Source: Eledone cirrhosa
Taxonomy: Eukaryota
Length of the DNA stretch: 64,000 nt
Reading direction: 5' to 3'
NCBI GenBank assembly: GCA_964016885.1
Contig: OZ024740.1
Span: forward strand, 396,552,001 to 396,616,000
Each line of letters begins with the position of its first letter. Positions within the stretch are counted from its first letter, which is position 1. The notes below the pieces were generated by a model. That model worked only from the letters and a program-made list of their open reading frames with translations, was not told the origin of the DNA and made no database searches. This document shows, piece by piece, positions 62,865 through 64,000 of this stretch. A program made the translations under genes and the position numbers.

Positions 62865-62987
62865 GCATTTCCAGTGCCATTGTAAACCCATCGGTTGCTA
62901 CCAATTCCTTCATAATCAGACACTGCATAGTAACCACATGTTTCAATGTGAATAAGGAATAACATGTAAGTCATTGTCTTGATAATT
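62865..62987 (-). CDS. CNGB-like channel, S5 exon (gene continues beyond the window end)
   Basis: tttcag|...|gtgagt, phase 2/2; (R)IIKTMTYMLFLIHIETCGYYAVSDYEGIGSNRWVYNGTGN(A), aligning with CNGB1 [42 protein letters not shown]. Confidence 0.93.
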
Positions 62988-64000
62988 CTGAAAATAGAAA
63001 ATTGAAAATACTTTTCTTCATATTTAAAGTAAAAAAATACTTTTGATCAATATTTTATTCTTCGACACTTTTTTTTTTATAAGACATGGAGTTTCAGGGA
63101 TAAGATAAAGAAAAACAAACTTTACTGTAAATTGTATACAATGTTCCATGACGGCCACACTGACATCTTGTGTAATTGATTATGCCATTAGCAGGGAGTT
63201 TGGAAATTATTATTTTATTTTAACAAATTTGAATATTTGTATTCTGTTATAGCAAAAGTTTACAATTGACTGTACATACCATTATTAACCATCTAATTGA
63301 GAAGCAGAAAATGTGGAACAAATGAAACAGTAAATTAAACCGAAGCCAACAGTGTTCTGCCTGTTGCCTAAAGGCACCTCACAATGTCTGCAGTAAGGTT
63401 TGGCCTTGTAAACATGTAGGTAATAGTTAACTCTTAGAATTGTATATTCCAAAGTGAACTAACTTTCAGGAAATTTCTAAAAAGGAGTAATTAATCATAT
63501 ATGTTTGAGTTAAGAAAGTAGCCAGGCATGAAAAGTATTAGTGAGCATGTGTGCATGTATATGCATGCATGCATGTGTGTGTGCAGAACAGATGACAATA
63601 TTTGTACAAACATGCAATATGAATGGATGCTATGTAGGACATTTAAAATAGCTGTTTGCTGAGAGTAGAATATATCTAGTGTAGGAGTAGGCTACAAGGC
63701 AGAACACATAATTTTAGGGTACATAATTGACATCACCAGGTACCACTGAAATAAGGAACATATTATCCACCATCTAATGAAACTGACAGTTGAGGTGTTT
63801 AACAATAACAAATGCATTCAGAAAGACAGTGGGTTGCATAATTACTGGCTCCAACATTTCTTAACCCTTTAGCATTTGCATTAATCTATATTTACTATTA
63901 TATTTTCATGGTCACATAATTATCTCACATAATATCGAATCTATGAGATTTTGATATCATTTATTAACAATACCTTAACATTAGTATGAGTGGCTGGTTA

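Overview
This is AT-rich, intron-containing animal DNA. The SINE and RTE repertoire and the microsatellite load point to an octopus-like coleoid cephalopod (inference). Two convergent genes are partly present. The first is the last three coding exons of tubulin polyglutamylase TTLL9 on + (7317-11085). The second is eleven 3' exons of a cyclic-nucleotide-gated channel beta subunit (CNGB-like) on - (62987 to 38338), covering S5, pore, S6, C-linker, CNBD and a long, partly acidic C-terminal tail. All splice sites are GT-AG and all phases are compatible. The rest is mostly transposable elements: several RTE-clade LINEs carrying a PHD-type finger after the RT, an uninterrupted CR1-type ORF in a CNGB intron, many tRNA-derived SINEs with TSDs, hAT- and piggyBac-type MITEs, and Chapaev-, KIAA1586/hAT- and CRE-like fossils. 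Most notable are (i) two ~330-350 nt terminally repeated non-coding units, each with a decayed minimal hammerhead ribozyme (Penelope-pLTR/retrozyme-like), (ii) a full-length RTE with an apparent twin-priming 5' inversion and an exact 18-bp junction overlap, and (iii) an ACUAAY array upstream of the in-frame-skippable catalytic TTLL9 exon. Family assignments are from remembered motifs; no database search was run.
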